The notes: a model not told the origin generated them from the letters alone. Positions 18,302-27,714 are shown, counted from the stretch's first letter. The stretch is 62,792 nucleotides of DNA from an archaeon 13_2_20CM_2_53_6 (GCA_001915065.1 MNDT01000010.1:1-62792), one strand, 5' to 3'. Translations and numbers: made by a program.

Positions 18302-19078
18302 TTGACAGCGACATTTCGGGAGGGCGATCTGGTGCTTCTCTACCAAGACCCCAGACGACACTGGATTGCCAGAGCAGGTGAGGGCCGGTTCCATACGCAT
18401 CGTGGATATCTTGATCTCAAAGACCTCGTAGGGATCGAGTCGGGAGTCTCAGTCAAGACCAGCCTGGGTCAATCACTTGCAGTATTCAATCCTCGACTTT
18501 CGGACTTGGTGGACTCCTTCGACAGGCCGACGCAAATACTGTATCCCAAGGACATTGGATATGCCCTCTACATGTTGGGCCTAAGGAATGAAGACAATGT
18601 CGTCGAAGTTGGGACCGGTAGCGGCGCATTGACCGCCGCAATCGCGCAATCAGTTGCGCCGGATGGGAGAGTCTACACGTACGAGAACCGAAGAGAATTC
18701 TTGAGGGCAGCCCAGAAGAATGTGGAGAAGGGAGGCTTGTCCCATCTGGTGACATTCAGGAACCTTGATCCCGCGGAGGGATTCTTGGAGAGGAACGCGG
18801 ACGCGGCGGTCATCGATCTCGGCGATCCTTGGAAGATGGTAGCGCCTGCTTGGGAAGCGTTGGTAGGAGGCGGAATGCTGGCGGCATTCACCCCTACAGT
18901 GAATCAGCTGGAGAAGCTGGCTGAAGCTCTCAGGAAGAACATGTTTCTTGTCCTTGAGGCAGTCGAGCTCCTGGTGAGAGAGTTCAAGACCGAGACTGGA
19001 AAAGTGCGGCCAGAATCCCGGATGATCGGACACACAGCATACGTGACAATAGCACGAAAGGTCGCGTCGAAAGAATAA
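18302..19078 (+). CDS. trmI: tRNA (adenine-N1)-methyltransferase TrmI/Gcd14 family
   Basis: 258 aa. EGDLVLL...THRGYLDL N-domain, TQILYPKD, and SAM motif VVEVGTGSGALT. Confidence 0.8.
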   Translation: MTATFREGDLVLLYQDPRRHWIARAGEGRFHTHRGYLDLKDLVGIESGVSVKTSLGQSLAVFNPRLSDLVDSFDRPTQILYPKDIGYALYMLGLRNEDNVVEVGTGSGALTAAIAQSVAPDGRVYTYENRREFLRAAQKNVEKGGLSHLVTFRNLDPAEGFLERNADAAVIDLGDPWKMVAPAWEALVGGGMLAAFTPTVNQLEKLAEALRKNMFLVLEAVELLVREFKTETGKVRPESRMIGHTAYVTIARKVASKE

Positions 19079-19135
19079 GCGTCTATATAGTGGGAAGACG
19101 AGGTGGCTGTTAGCCTTAGGATGGTCCAGTCATAA

Positions 19136-19378
19136 ATGGGCACCGCAAGCTTCCGAGATTCAGAAGTTGGTAAGTTAGTCCGGGGGGCAGTGGTCATTAT
19201 TGCGGCAGCCTTCATGATCCTCCCCGCCTACATCAACTATGAGCTGGGAATCACAAAGCAGGGACTAGACCCGGTCGTCTCGATGGCAATAAGCTTGCAA
19301 TTGTTTGCCATTGGGATTATCCTGTTCATTGTTGCAGTGGGCAAAGAAAAATTTATGCCGAAGGCCCAGCCACAGTAG
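19136..19378 (+). CDS. Small membrane protein (hypothetical)
   Basis: 80-aa track ORF with two hydrophobic helices (AVVIIAAAFMILPAYI, ISLQLFAIGIILFIVAV). Confidence 0.4.
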   Translation: MGTASFRDSEVGKLVRGAVVIIAAAFMILPAYINYELGITKQGLDPVVSMAISLQLFAIGIILFIVAVGKEKFMPKAQPQ

Positions 19379-19431
19379 AACCCGGCCCAGAACAGCCCCT
19401 CCACCGGAGGTCTTTCGTGAGTATCTCTGAT

Positions 19432-20907
19432 CTAGACGTTAGTTACGGGTTTCTCAGTATTCGTTTCCTCGTTGGGGCTGGGCTGCGGAGAGGAAACTCT
19501 CTGGGCCCACTCTTGGACGACTTCGATCAGTTGAAGTCGTAGGTCTTCGCCCTTGAGCTGGGATCTTCTCAGGGTTCGTATATTGTCCGCAAGCAGGACC
19601 GACCCGAGCACGTCCTTGGTCCATTTCTCGAAATCCCTGCGCCCTATGTGATATTCCAAAGCTTCGAGTGGGACGATCTTGAGAGCTCCCAAGAACTCTT
19701 CGATGGACGATGCCAATACTCCCGAGTACTGCCCGAGACCAGTGTCGAAATAGAATGACTTGTCTTGTGGGACTGCTATGACACCATCGACTGTGGTGCC
19801 TGCCTGTACCTTTGTGTTGGGCCAGAGCTTGCTGCCTGGCAGAATCTTTGCCCTCTCGCCGATGTTGCAACCCTGCCCGATGATCGCCCTGTCTATTGAG
19901 ACATCATTCCCCACGATCGCCCTCTCCCCAATGATGGTCGATTTTACGGAACAGTTGTTGCCAATAACAGCTCTCTCGAAGACGATTCCAGACTCGAAGC
20001 TTGTCCCAGCTAGTAACTGCGCGTTCTCCTTCAACACTGTACCCGGCCGGATTTGGACGTCATCCCCGAGTGATGCGCCATTCTCGACCCAAGCGGGACC
20101 CCTGATCTCGGCTCTCCGACCGATCGTGACATCCCCTCTGGCAAACACGCCTTCGCCTGGATCTCCAATCATCCTTGCGTCCCGCGGCGGTTCCTTGACG
20201 AGGTTTCGTAAGACCCAGTTAACACCGCTCAAGTAGCCCTTCAACTCCCCAACATCAACCCAGAACGCATCTGATGCGTACCCGAAGAGATGTTGGCCTA
20301 GTCGCATAAGGTAGGGGAAGAGATCTTTCGCAAAGTCCCACCTCTCATTCTCGATATAGTCGACGACTTCAGGTTCGAGAATGTAGAAGCCTGTGCTGAC
20401 GAGATTGCTCTGAGCAGTTCCAGCTGGAGGTTTCTCGACAAACTTCACTATCTCATCATGCTTATCGAGAACTGCTACGCCGTACGAGGACGGATCCTCA
20501 ACAGTCGTCAGCGCGATCGACACCTCACCTCCATGGTTGGAATGGAAGTGCGCCATTTCCTGAAGCGGTATTTCGCTAATGACGTCCGACTGGACCACCA
20601 TGAACGTATCGTCTAGGAGATGTGAGGCGAGCTTCAAACTGCCCGCAGTTCCAAACGTAACTCCATCCGGCTCAACCACATGGGTGATTCCTACTCCAAA
20701 TTTCGACCCGGTTCCCACGTATCCCATAATCTGGTCCTTCAAATATCCCGGAATGATGATAATGTCCTGAAATCCACTCTTGACGAGGTGTGACAATACA
20801 TAGTAGATGATCGGATTTGGACCCAGGGGAAGCATCGGCTTCGGCCGGGTGAATGTAAGAGGCTGGAGACGTGTCCCCTCTCCACCGGCCAAGACTACCG
20901 CCTTCAA
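19432..20907 (-). CDS. Sugar-phosphate nucleotidyltransferase with a left-handed beta-helix and an extra C-terminal domain
   Basis: 491 aa, TTG start. MKAVVLAGGEGTRLQPLT (GxGTRxxPxT), hexapeptide-repeat region (IGNNCSV..IGERAIVGNDVSI..IGQGCNIGERA), and a ~110-aa C-terminal extension. Confidence 0.8.
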   Translation of the reverse strand: MKAVVLAGGEGTRLQPLTFTRPKPMLPLGPNPIIYYVLSHLVKSGFQDIIIIPGYLKDQIMGYVGTGSKFGVGITHVVEPDGVTFGTAGSLKLASHLLDDTFMVVQSDVISEIPLQEMAHFHSNHGGEVSIALTTVEDPSSYGVAVLDKHDEIVKFVEKPPAGTAQSNLVSTGFYILEPEVVDYIENERWDFAKDLFPYLMRLGQHLFGYASDAFWVDVGELKGYLSGVNWVLRNLVKEPPRDARMIGDPGEGVFARGDVTIGRRAEIRGPAWVENGASLGDDVQIRPGTVLKENAQLLAGTSFESGIVFERAVIGNNCSVKSTIIGERAIVGNDVSIDRAIIGQGCNIGERAKILPGSKLWPNTKVQAGTTVDGVIAVPQDKSFYFDTGLGQYSGVLASSIEEFLGALKIVPLEALEYHIGRRDFEKWTKDVLGSVLLADNIRTLRRSQLKGEDLRLQLIEVVQEWAQRVSSPQPSPNEETNTEKPVTNV

Positions 20908-21000
20908 GGTTCATGCGATCCAGACGTTAACGCGTCGCTAGTCGCATCTGGCCTCCCATAGCAACTTGGGATGGACATGTATAAAGTGGCTAGAGGAATA

Positions 21001-21888
21001 TCAGAGAAAATCCTCCGCGATCATCTTCAGCCCACTGAGCTCGTCGGCTATAGAGCCGCTGCCGTCCGGGCTTGGGGCTATAACCGCGTAGGAAACTCCA
21101 AGCGATTCTAGCCGTTTCATCACATTCCTGTTCTCTCCTCGGTTGGACGAGAGCATGACTCTCCTCTCGCCTAATGGTGAGGTGTACTCTGATCTATCGG
21201 CTCCGGAATTGAGACCTATACGCACGCAGATCTCTTTCTTCTTCGACTCCGGGACGCTCTCTCTGAACTCCGAGACCAGTTTCGAAAACTTGTCGAGAGG
21301 TAGGACATTTGGGTGCCAAGCATCACCCAAGGTGGCGGCCCTTTTCATAGCAGCGTGGCTAGATCCTCCTATCCATATCGGGAGTTTCTGCTGGACGGGA
21401 GAGGGCTCAAAGACTGCGTCCTTGAATTTCTGACGGAGAACCATGCTTTCGAATTGGGTCCTTCCCGCCCACAGATCTTTGATCAGCCGAATCGACTCGT
21501 CCAGTCTCTTCCCCCGGCTGTGAAAGTTTGATCCGAGATATGAGAACTCGGTGTCATTCCAGCCAGCGCCCATCGCTAGTATGAGTCTTCCATTACTCAG
21601 ATTGTCTATCGTTGCGAGCTGCTTGGCCACGATTATGGGATTCCTCATCGGTGTGATGAGGGACGAGATCCCCAGCCTCAGCCTCGTTGTCGCGGCGGCA
21701 AGATAGGCGAGGGTTGTGACGCTCTCGAAGATTCTCTCGTAAGGCGTCCCACTATTCTTCGGCATCAGGACATGGTCGGTACACCATATGGAATCGTATC
21801 CTTGCTTTTCCGCTTCAGCTGCAACCGTTCGGAGTGCCTCAACGGAACAGCTCTCGCCGTAATTCGGAACGCATACTCCTAGCTTCAT
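21001..21888 (-). CDS. LLM-class (luciferase-like) flavin/F420-dependent oxidoreductase
   Basis: 295 aa. KLGV..PNYGE...GYDSIW.TDH...LATIDNLSNGRLILAMGAGW pattern. Confidence 0.7.
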   Translation of the reverse strand: MKLGVCVPNYGESCSVEALRTVAAEAEKQGYDSIWCTDHVLMPKNSGTPYERIFESVTTLAYLAAATTRLRLGISSLITPMRNPIIVAKQLATIDNLSNGRLILAMGAGWNDTEFSYLGSNFHSRGKRLDESIRLIKDLWAGRTQFESMVLRQKFKDAVFEPSPVQQKLPIWIGGSSHAAMKRAATLGDAWHPNVLPLDKFSKLVSEFRESVPESKKKEICVRIGLNSGADRSEYTSPLGERRVMLSSNRGENRNVMKRLESLGVSYAVIAPSPDGSGSIADELSGLKMIAEDFL

Positions 21889-21978
21889 TCTCAGGTTTGA
21901 TCGGAATTTCGACTCCGCTTAAGACTGTCTAGGGACAGACGCGCCGGAAGAATGAACCGTTAGTGGTGGCTTTCCAGA

Positions 21979-22404
21979 TTAGAGAAGCTTGGACAACCGG
22001 TCCGTTACTTCTCTCAGCCGGTCTCTGTACGGGTCCATCTTCGACGGACTGGACCTTGCCAAGTCTTCGAAGTAGGAGACGTAATCCCGCATCTCGCTAA
22101 CCATCGATTCAACAGAGGTGGGTCTCTGGCCGAACGGAAATCCAAATGGGAAGCTTCCTTCATCTTTTCCATTGTCGGTGAGTTCGTAGCGTCCATCCTC
22201 TCTCTTCTTAAGCGCGCCCTCGACTGTCATCTGGTCTAGGAGGGGATATATCGACCCGGGAGATGGTCGCCAACCTCCCCAGCTCATCTTCTCAATCTCG
22301 TCGATAATTTCCGCGCCATTCTTAGGCGACCGTCCGACTATTGAAATGATCCAGGGTCTGAGCCATCCACGCCTCATCCCTCCCCAGTGTCTATGTCCCC
22401 ACAT
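21979..22404 (-). CDS. PadR-family transcriptional regulator
   Basis: 141 aa. PKNGAEIIDEIEKMSWGGWRPSPGSIYPLLDQMTVEGALKKREDGRYELTDNG. Confidence 0.8.
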   Translation of the reverse strand: MWGHRHWGGMRRGWLRPWIISIVGRSPKNGAEIIDEIEKMSWGGWRPSPGSIYPLLDQMTVEGALKKREDGRYELTDNGKDEGSFPFGFPFGQRPTSVESMVSEMRDYVSYFEDLARSSPSKMDPYRDRLREVTDRLSKLL

Positions 22405-22414
22405 GATCCCGAGA

Positions 22415-22436
22415 CGATATCGGATAAGCGATATCG
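22415..22436. promoter_or_regulatory. Putative PadR operator: two copies of the 8-bp palindrome CGATATCG
   Basis: CGATATCG at 22415..22422 and 22429..22436 (14-bp period), 11-32 bp upstream of the PadR start codon at 22404. Confidence 0.4.
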
Positions 22437-22545
22437 GATTATAAGACCTTAGCTCTCCGCACCCTGGTCTATAGCAGAACCCTGTTTGACATCTGTCGCG
22501 TCAGAGACAAGTTTGCTTATCTCGTTCCAATCGCTAGGGCCCTCG

Positions 22546-23769
22546 TCACTTTACAACGACTACTGCCTGCGATTTGCCGGCCAATGAGGCGTCGGATGAA
22601 TCCTTGACCTTGAAACTGGTGACCCCGGCTATTAGAGCCATGAGAAGAAACAATACGATTGACACTAGGAAGCCCGTTCCTGGGCCTATGGAGTAGAGGA
22701 CTCCTCCGAGGTAGGATCCGGCTATCAAACCAGAGTTCTCGAGCGTGAGATAGAAGCCATACTGGCCCGCCCTTGTTGCACCTGATCTGATAATAGCGAG
22801 AATCGAGTAGGCGATGTAGCTCGACGCCCTTGAGCTTCCAAAGAGGAAGACTAGCGGGAAGGCAAACAGAAGATTCCTCGTCAAGACGATGCCAGCAAGA
22901 CCTGTGGCCGATACGACTAGTCCAAGTGCCATCGTCTCTCCACGGCTTCGCACGTCGGCTCTTCGCCCCAGTAAAATCGCGAAAGCCGTCTGCCCAAGAG
23001 CCTGGATGGAACCCAGACCCTGTATCGTACTAGGGGAGAGTATCAGAACGTCATGGAAGAACAGCGGAACGAAAGGCGATGCGATACTGAATGCAACTGC
23101 GGTCCCTGTTAAGAATAGGAGAAGAGTTGCTTCAGGTAAGGATTTCGGAACCTCGAGCCTGTATGCCCGAGCATCTTTCGGAGTCGATGGCTGCGTTCGC
23201 ATCCTGAATAGGACGACTGTCGATATTGTGAACAACCCGAAGGAGAGAAGGAAGATCCCGCGAATCGAGATCCAAGTCAGAAGAAGACCGCCAACCGCTG
23301 GAGAGAATACGAAACCCAGAGGTGCTGAGGCCCAGACGACACCGAAGTTGGACCCCGTTCTATTCCTCTCACTCGCGCCCGCAATGTAGGCGTTGAATGC
23401 TGGGATGTTGAAACCGGAAGCCTGCAACAATATGATTCCAGGGAGGACATCCGTCCATGTCTTGGCGTAATAGTAGAGAAGTGGAGCAGGCAGGCTCATT
23501 GCCCAACCAATAACCAAGAGCGTTCTCAGTTCGTACTTGTTAGCAAGGATTCCTCCCGGGATCATGCTAGCGGCAAGGGCCACAAATCCTATGGAGTAGA
23601 CCAGCCCGACTTGGCTGGGATCCGCATTTAGCTCTCTGAGAAAAAGCGGCCAGATGTAGTTGTAGAGTCCATATCCGAAGCTCCAGAGGAAGAGAGACCA
23701 GAAGAGAAACCTAAGATCTCTCTGAAGCTTCCGAACAGACCCGAGTGGGCTCGCAATCCAAATTCTCAG
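22546..23769 (-). CDS. MFS transporter; start uncertain
   Basis: The track ORF starts at GTG 23583, inside predicted TM2. The in-frame upstream sequence (to the stop at 23778..23776) encodes RKLQRDLRFLFWSLFLWSFGYGLYNYIWPLF (TM1). It has no ATG/GTG/TTG. Candidate start is CTG 23769..23767. Confidence 0.7.
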   Translation of the reverse strand: MRIWIASPLGSVRKLQRDLRFLFWSLFLWSFGYGLYNYIWPLFLRELNADPSQVGLVYSIGFVALAASMIPGGILANKYELRTLLVIGWAMSLPAPLLYYYAKTWTDVLPGIILLQASGFNIPAFNAYIAGASERNRTGSNFGVVWASAPLGFVFSPAVGGLLLTWISIRGIFLLSFGLFTISTVVLFRMRTQPSTPKDARAYRLEVPKSLPEATLLLFLTGTAVAFSIASPFVPLFFHDVLILSPSTIQGLGSIQALGQTAFAILLGRRADVRSRGETMALGLVVSATGLAGIVLTRNLLFAFPLVFLFGSSRASSYIAYSILAIIRSGATRAGQYGFYLTLENSGLIAGSYLGGVLYSIGPGTGFLVSIVLFLLMALIAGVTSFKVKDSSDASLAGKSQAVVVVK

Positions 23770-24294
23770 ATCGAATTAGGCCTCCGCTTTTCAAGGAGCA
23801 TGATGTTTCCGAGATCGCCAGACCAGCCAGTAGTCTCAGGCCCAGTAATCATAGTGGCATTATTCGGATGGACGGTGGTGGCTTCCGTGGTAATGGGCAT
23901 CTCTTCCAGGTAGGGTGTCCCGGTCGTCTTCTCCACCCTGGGATCCCACCTGCGTCGAACGTCGACCTTACGACTGCTCCCTTCCGGGCCTCGCCGGATT
24001 CGACCGTGAGGAGGTAACAACCCTCTCTTCAGAGAGCGCTCCTCCGCCGCCGACCTGGTAGGGCAGAGTGTCATGGTTGACAGCCAAGTCTTCAGCCTGG
24101 TCGAGGCTACCGCTCACCAGCGTTGGCGGACCCCCGCATAGGTCGATTTCGGGTAACAGGAAACGACCAGCTTCCCAGTCCCCCACCACCGCCCAAAGAA
24201 CTCGAATCGAACCAGTCGATATAAGAATATCAAACTCAATGGTTCGTAACCTCAGACATACCAGCTAGCCAGTCCCCGAGCGGAGTGCTTTTAC

Positions 24295-24861
24295 ATGGAC
24301 ACATTCCTTGCATCAGATATGGTCGATGAAGAGTCAGAGCTGCCAGAGGACGAGGCCGAAATGGCTGGAGAAGAGTCTGAAGAGAAGGAACAGGTAGCTT
24401 CCAGTCGGACACTCGCGGACATACCCGTAATCCCATTCGAGCCTCCGACAACCGGGAGCGGTCACGACATAGGCGACAAACAGGGAAAGCTTCGGACCGC
24501 AATATTGGAACGCGTGTCGCAAAGCGAGATCGACAAATTCAAGGAAGCACTCAAAGGGCGTCTCGTAACCGTCACGCTTGGTTTCTTTCTATGGAAGGGA
24601 TCCCCGAAAACTACCAATACTCGGGCTGTGAAGGACCTTGACAATCTCATGAAGATAATCTTCGACGTGCTAGGCAAAGGCCAACAAGGACTCGGACTTC
24701 TTGAAGAAGACAGTTACATTTGCGAGGTCTACGCGAAGAAGGAGCTCGTTGAGGACCGCAGTGAAGAAGGACTCCGGATCATAATAGAAGAGTACGAGGA
24801 CGAAGAGATGCTTCATACACTAAAAGAATTCTACTCGAAGAAGAGCAAGGATCCCGCCTAG
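24295..24861 (+). CDS. RusA-like Holliday-junction resolvase-fold protein with an acidic N-terminal extension (tentative)
   Basis: 188 aa. Core ...VKDLDNLMKIIFDVLGKG..GLLEEDSYICEVYAKKELV resembles the RusA D-x-D-N...D-D signature. The N-terminal ~40 aa are very acidic. Confidence 0.35.
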   Translation: MDTFLASDMVDEESELPEDEAEMAGEESEEKEQVASSRTLADIPVIPFEPPTTGSGHDIGDKQGKLRTAILERVSQSEIDKFKEALKGRLVTVTLGFFLWKGSPKTTNTRAVKDLDNLMKIIFDVLGKGQQGLGLLEEDSYICEVYAKKELVEDRSEEGLRIIIEEYEDEEMLHTLKEFYSKKSKDPA

Positions 24862-25823
24862 ACCGGCGGCGGGGTCTCATCTAGCTTCTCCTTGGGGAGC
24901 TTGGTCCATTTGAGGAAGTCGGGATCGGGCTTCTCCTCCTCATAGAGCTGCTTTCGGCGACACTCGAGCGGAGTCGGCTCCCGTTTAAGAAGATCGGCGG
25001 CGACGAGCAATTTGTGACTGGCTTTCTTTGCGGATTCTCTGACCGGCTCAAGGAATTTGTACCATCCTTCATCTCTCAGCAAATGATGATCGATGACTAC
25101 TGTAGGAACTTCACTCACTATCTTCTTCATATGATGCACCGCGGTCTTGAAGAACTCTTCTCCTATTCGGAATCCTTGTAGGTATGTCGGGGGCCCTCCC
25201 ATTATCAGCAAATCAGGCCTCTCGTCAATGATCATCCTGGCAGTTCCTTCAGCCACGGGTCCTTGGACATCGGGTGCGAAGACTAGTTTCTCATCGCCCT
25301 TTTCCACGATGCAGAGCAGAACCCAGCCGAGCCCCGATTCGTCCTCGCCGTGGGGTACGGGTTCGGGAAAGCGAATTGTCGTCTCTCCGAACTCAAAAAC
25401 TCGGCCATCAGCGGCTTCGAATTTCTCTGCCCATTTCTCAGCGGCTTGTTTGAACATCCAGCCTCTACGCCGCTGAGCTGTGTTGATCTTCTTCCTGAAA
25501 TCTTTGGCAAGAATAATTTTTCCTCGATAGGTTCTCTCAGACAATTCCGGACTGGTTCCGAGCCAGACGGGATCAACATAGTTGGGCGTGTGATGATCAT
25601 TGTGGTAGTGCGAGATTGTCACGACCCTAGCTTTCTCTGCGGCCGCGTCGATTCTCTCTCGTGCTTCGACCCTCGCCTTGAATTCTTTGGGATGGGGCAT
25701 AAGCCGGAATCTCGGCCCCAGCGCTACCCCCGCGTCCAACAGCACCGTAACGTCCCGGGTTCGCACCTGGGTGCACATTGACCGCACGCCGAGACTCTCA
25801 AAGGCCAGAGGCGTGACGGTAAT
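24858..25823 (-). CDS. MBL-fold metallo-hydrolase (archaeal UPF0282-like); start uncertain
   Basis: HYHNDHH metal motif. The track start, GTG 25787, lies inside the conserved N-terminal strand (G)ITVTPLAFESLG-V-RSM. No ATG/GTG/TTG occurs upstream in frame, but ATT does at 25823..25821. Confidence 0.7.
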   Translation of the reverse strand: MTVTPLAFESLGVRSMCTQVRTRDVTVLLDAGVALGPRFRLMPHPKEFKARVEARERIDAAAEKARVVTISHYHNDHHTPNYVDPVWLGTSPELSERTYRGKIILAKDFRKKINTAQRRRGWMFKQAAEKWAEKFEAADGRVFEFGETTIRFPEPVPHGEDESGLGWVLLCIVEKGDEKLVFAPDVQGPVAEGTARMIIDERPDLLIMGGPPTYLQGFRIGEEFFKTAVHHMKKIVSEVPTVVIDHHLLRDEGWYKFLEPVRESAKKASHKLLVAADLLKREPTPLECRRKQLYEEEKPDPDFLKWTKLPKEKLDETPPPV

Positions 25824-25992
25824 TCCTGCCGAGAGTCGAGACCTCCGATTTGCGTAGTGGTAAGGTGCTCACTTAATTGCACTATGCGCGGTGTCAAACG
25901 TCCGTGTGGACTGTCACCAGTTCCTTCGTCGTTCAGTTGAACACGATTATTATCTCGCTAGGTCAAACCGTTAGCCTAGAGCCAGTTTCCAA

Positions 25993-26259
25993 TTGTCGCA
26001 AGCATCAGATCCGAACCATCCTTACTGCCGCTACTGCGAGGAGGCGACCTATCATGAATACGACCCCTATTTCCACGCATGGGTCTGTCAAACCTGCTTC
26101 GGAGGTATGATCAGGGCGGACAAGAAGGACCCGCTCTCCGTCATAAGAGCAGAACTAAACAATGTAGCTTTGCTCGCGGCAAAGAACGGTTATACTTCAG
26201 ATGTAAAGACAAAACTGAGAGACGCAGCTACGAAACTCCAGAAGCTGGCTGAAGGCTAG
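25993..26259 (+). CDS. Small zinc-ribbon protein (hypothetical)
   Basis: 88-aa track ORF with CRYC...CQTC followed by a helical tail. Confidence 0.4.
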   Translation: MSQASDPNHPYCRYCEEATYHEYDPYFHAWVCQTCFGGMIRADKKDPLSVIRAELNNVALLAAKNGYTSDVKTKLRDAATKLQKLAEG

Positions 26260-26490
26260 TTTTAGAGCTTACAACCGAACGCGTACCACGTCGGCAAGCG
26301 AACGGTTTTATTCACTCGACCTCCCATCGCAAGATCGGGTCCGATGACTTCTCTGGCCCTGCGGACAAGTCCCATGGGACTGGATGAAGTGGATCTTGAG
26401 ACCCGGAAGCTCCGGGCAAGAATGAGAGAGGACCCATTCACAACCTACGAAACACATTCGGACACGTTGACCTAACCGGAAAAACCGCCC

Positions 26491-27714
26491 ATGGAACAAC
26501 AGGCTGAGATTCTACAATCCGGCTCAAGCAGGCGGTGGCTCGTCCTAGGCTCAGTCCTAACCTCACGCGTCATCTATACCATAAACTGGTTCAACATCGC
26601 CCCGTTACTAGGCGCAACAGGACTAATTGCGTTAACACTGAACGTCGATCTACCATCCCAAGGCCTTCTCACCTCATCCTTCCTTCTTGGCGCGGGCATA
26701 TTCCAGATACCTGCTGGAATAGTCTCCGCAAGATGGGGACCGAAGAACACGTCCCAGCTTGGAATGCTCATCCTATCTTTGTCTGGAATTGGCGAAGGAT
26801 TGTCCCCAAATTTTCCTACTCTACTTGTGTCGAGATTCCTCCTAGGTCTAGGTGCGGCACTATTTTTCGCGCCTGCCATAGGCATTCTTACCCCCCTGTT
26901 CAGGCCTGAAGAGGAAGGGTTTGTCCTAGGACTCTACAATAGCTGCTTCAACATTGGAGGCGCATTAGGCCTGTTCGGATGGGTACTGGTCACCGACCTG
27001 CTTGGTTGGAGGCAGGGGTTGGTCCTCGGTGGACTGATCGGGATAATTTCGGTCCTGATTGGGCAGATTGTTATTCCTCACGACCGGACAGTCGCACCGG
27101 CAAAACGGCGATCCATGAAACCAGTATTCAAGAATCGGAGCATATGGCTGATCGCATTTGGAGTTCTCGGTCTCTGGGGATCGATCTTCTCATCTTCAAG
27201 CTTTCTCGAAGCATACACAAAGGACACCTTTGGAATCTCTCCATACATCTCAGGGATCATGGCGTCTCTGATTATGTTCGCCAGCATTTTCGGGGGGCCG
27301 ATCGGAGGCCGATTGTCTGACAAGTTCAGAAGAAGAAAGATCTTCATCTTCGTGCCGGGAATTCTCACATCTGTAGGAGTGATCCTCTTCGGAATCTCTC
27401 AACCGATCGAGTTGTGGCTCCTCATTCCTCTAGTAGGCTTCTTGGACTCAATCGTCTTTTCGACAATGTACGCTAGTGCAAGCCAGTACCCTGAAGTGGG
27501 CCGTGAATATGCGCCTCTCGGGATAAGTATCATCAATTCGGTCCAGATACTCGGCAGCTACCCAATCCCGATAATCTTCACACTTTTTGTGAAAGCGTAT
27601 GGGAACAACTATTCACCGGGCTGGTTCTTCATGGGAGGGCTCTCCTTGGTTATGATGATGCTCGTACTCTGGATCCGAGAGCCATTCAAAGCAAATTCGC
27701 AGAGTTCAGGCTAG
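26491..27714 (+). CDS. MFS transporter
   Basis: 407 aa with about 12 hydrophobic segments and the loop motif GRLSDKFRRRKIF. Confidence 0.8.
   Translation: MEQQAEILQSGSSRRWLVLGSVLTSRVIYTINWFNIAPLLGATGLIALTLNVDLPSQGLLTSSFLLGAGIFQIPAGIVSARWGPKNTSQLGMLILSLSGIGEGLSPNFPTLLVSRFLLGLGAALFFAPAIGILTPLFRPEEEGFVLGLYNSCFNIGGALGLFGWVLVTDLLGWRQGLVLGGLIGIISVLIGQIVIPHDRTVAPAKRRSMKPVFKNRSIWLIAFGVLGLWGSIFSSSSFLEAYTKDTFGISPYISGIMASLIMFASIFGGPIGGRLSDKFRRRKIFIFVPGILTSVGVILFGISQPIELWLLIPLVGFLDSIVFSTMYASASQYPEVGREYAPLGISIINSVQILGSYPIPIIFTLFVKAYGNNYSPGWFFMGGLSLVMMMLVLWIREPFKANSQSSG

Noticed and set aside
26308-26499. 63-aa minus-strand ORF upstream of the MFS gene, and 28810..28995 / 28870..29082 over the right inverted-repeat copy.
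   Set aside because: They have no motifs and odd composition, and they overlap promoter or repeat regions. They are probably spurious.
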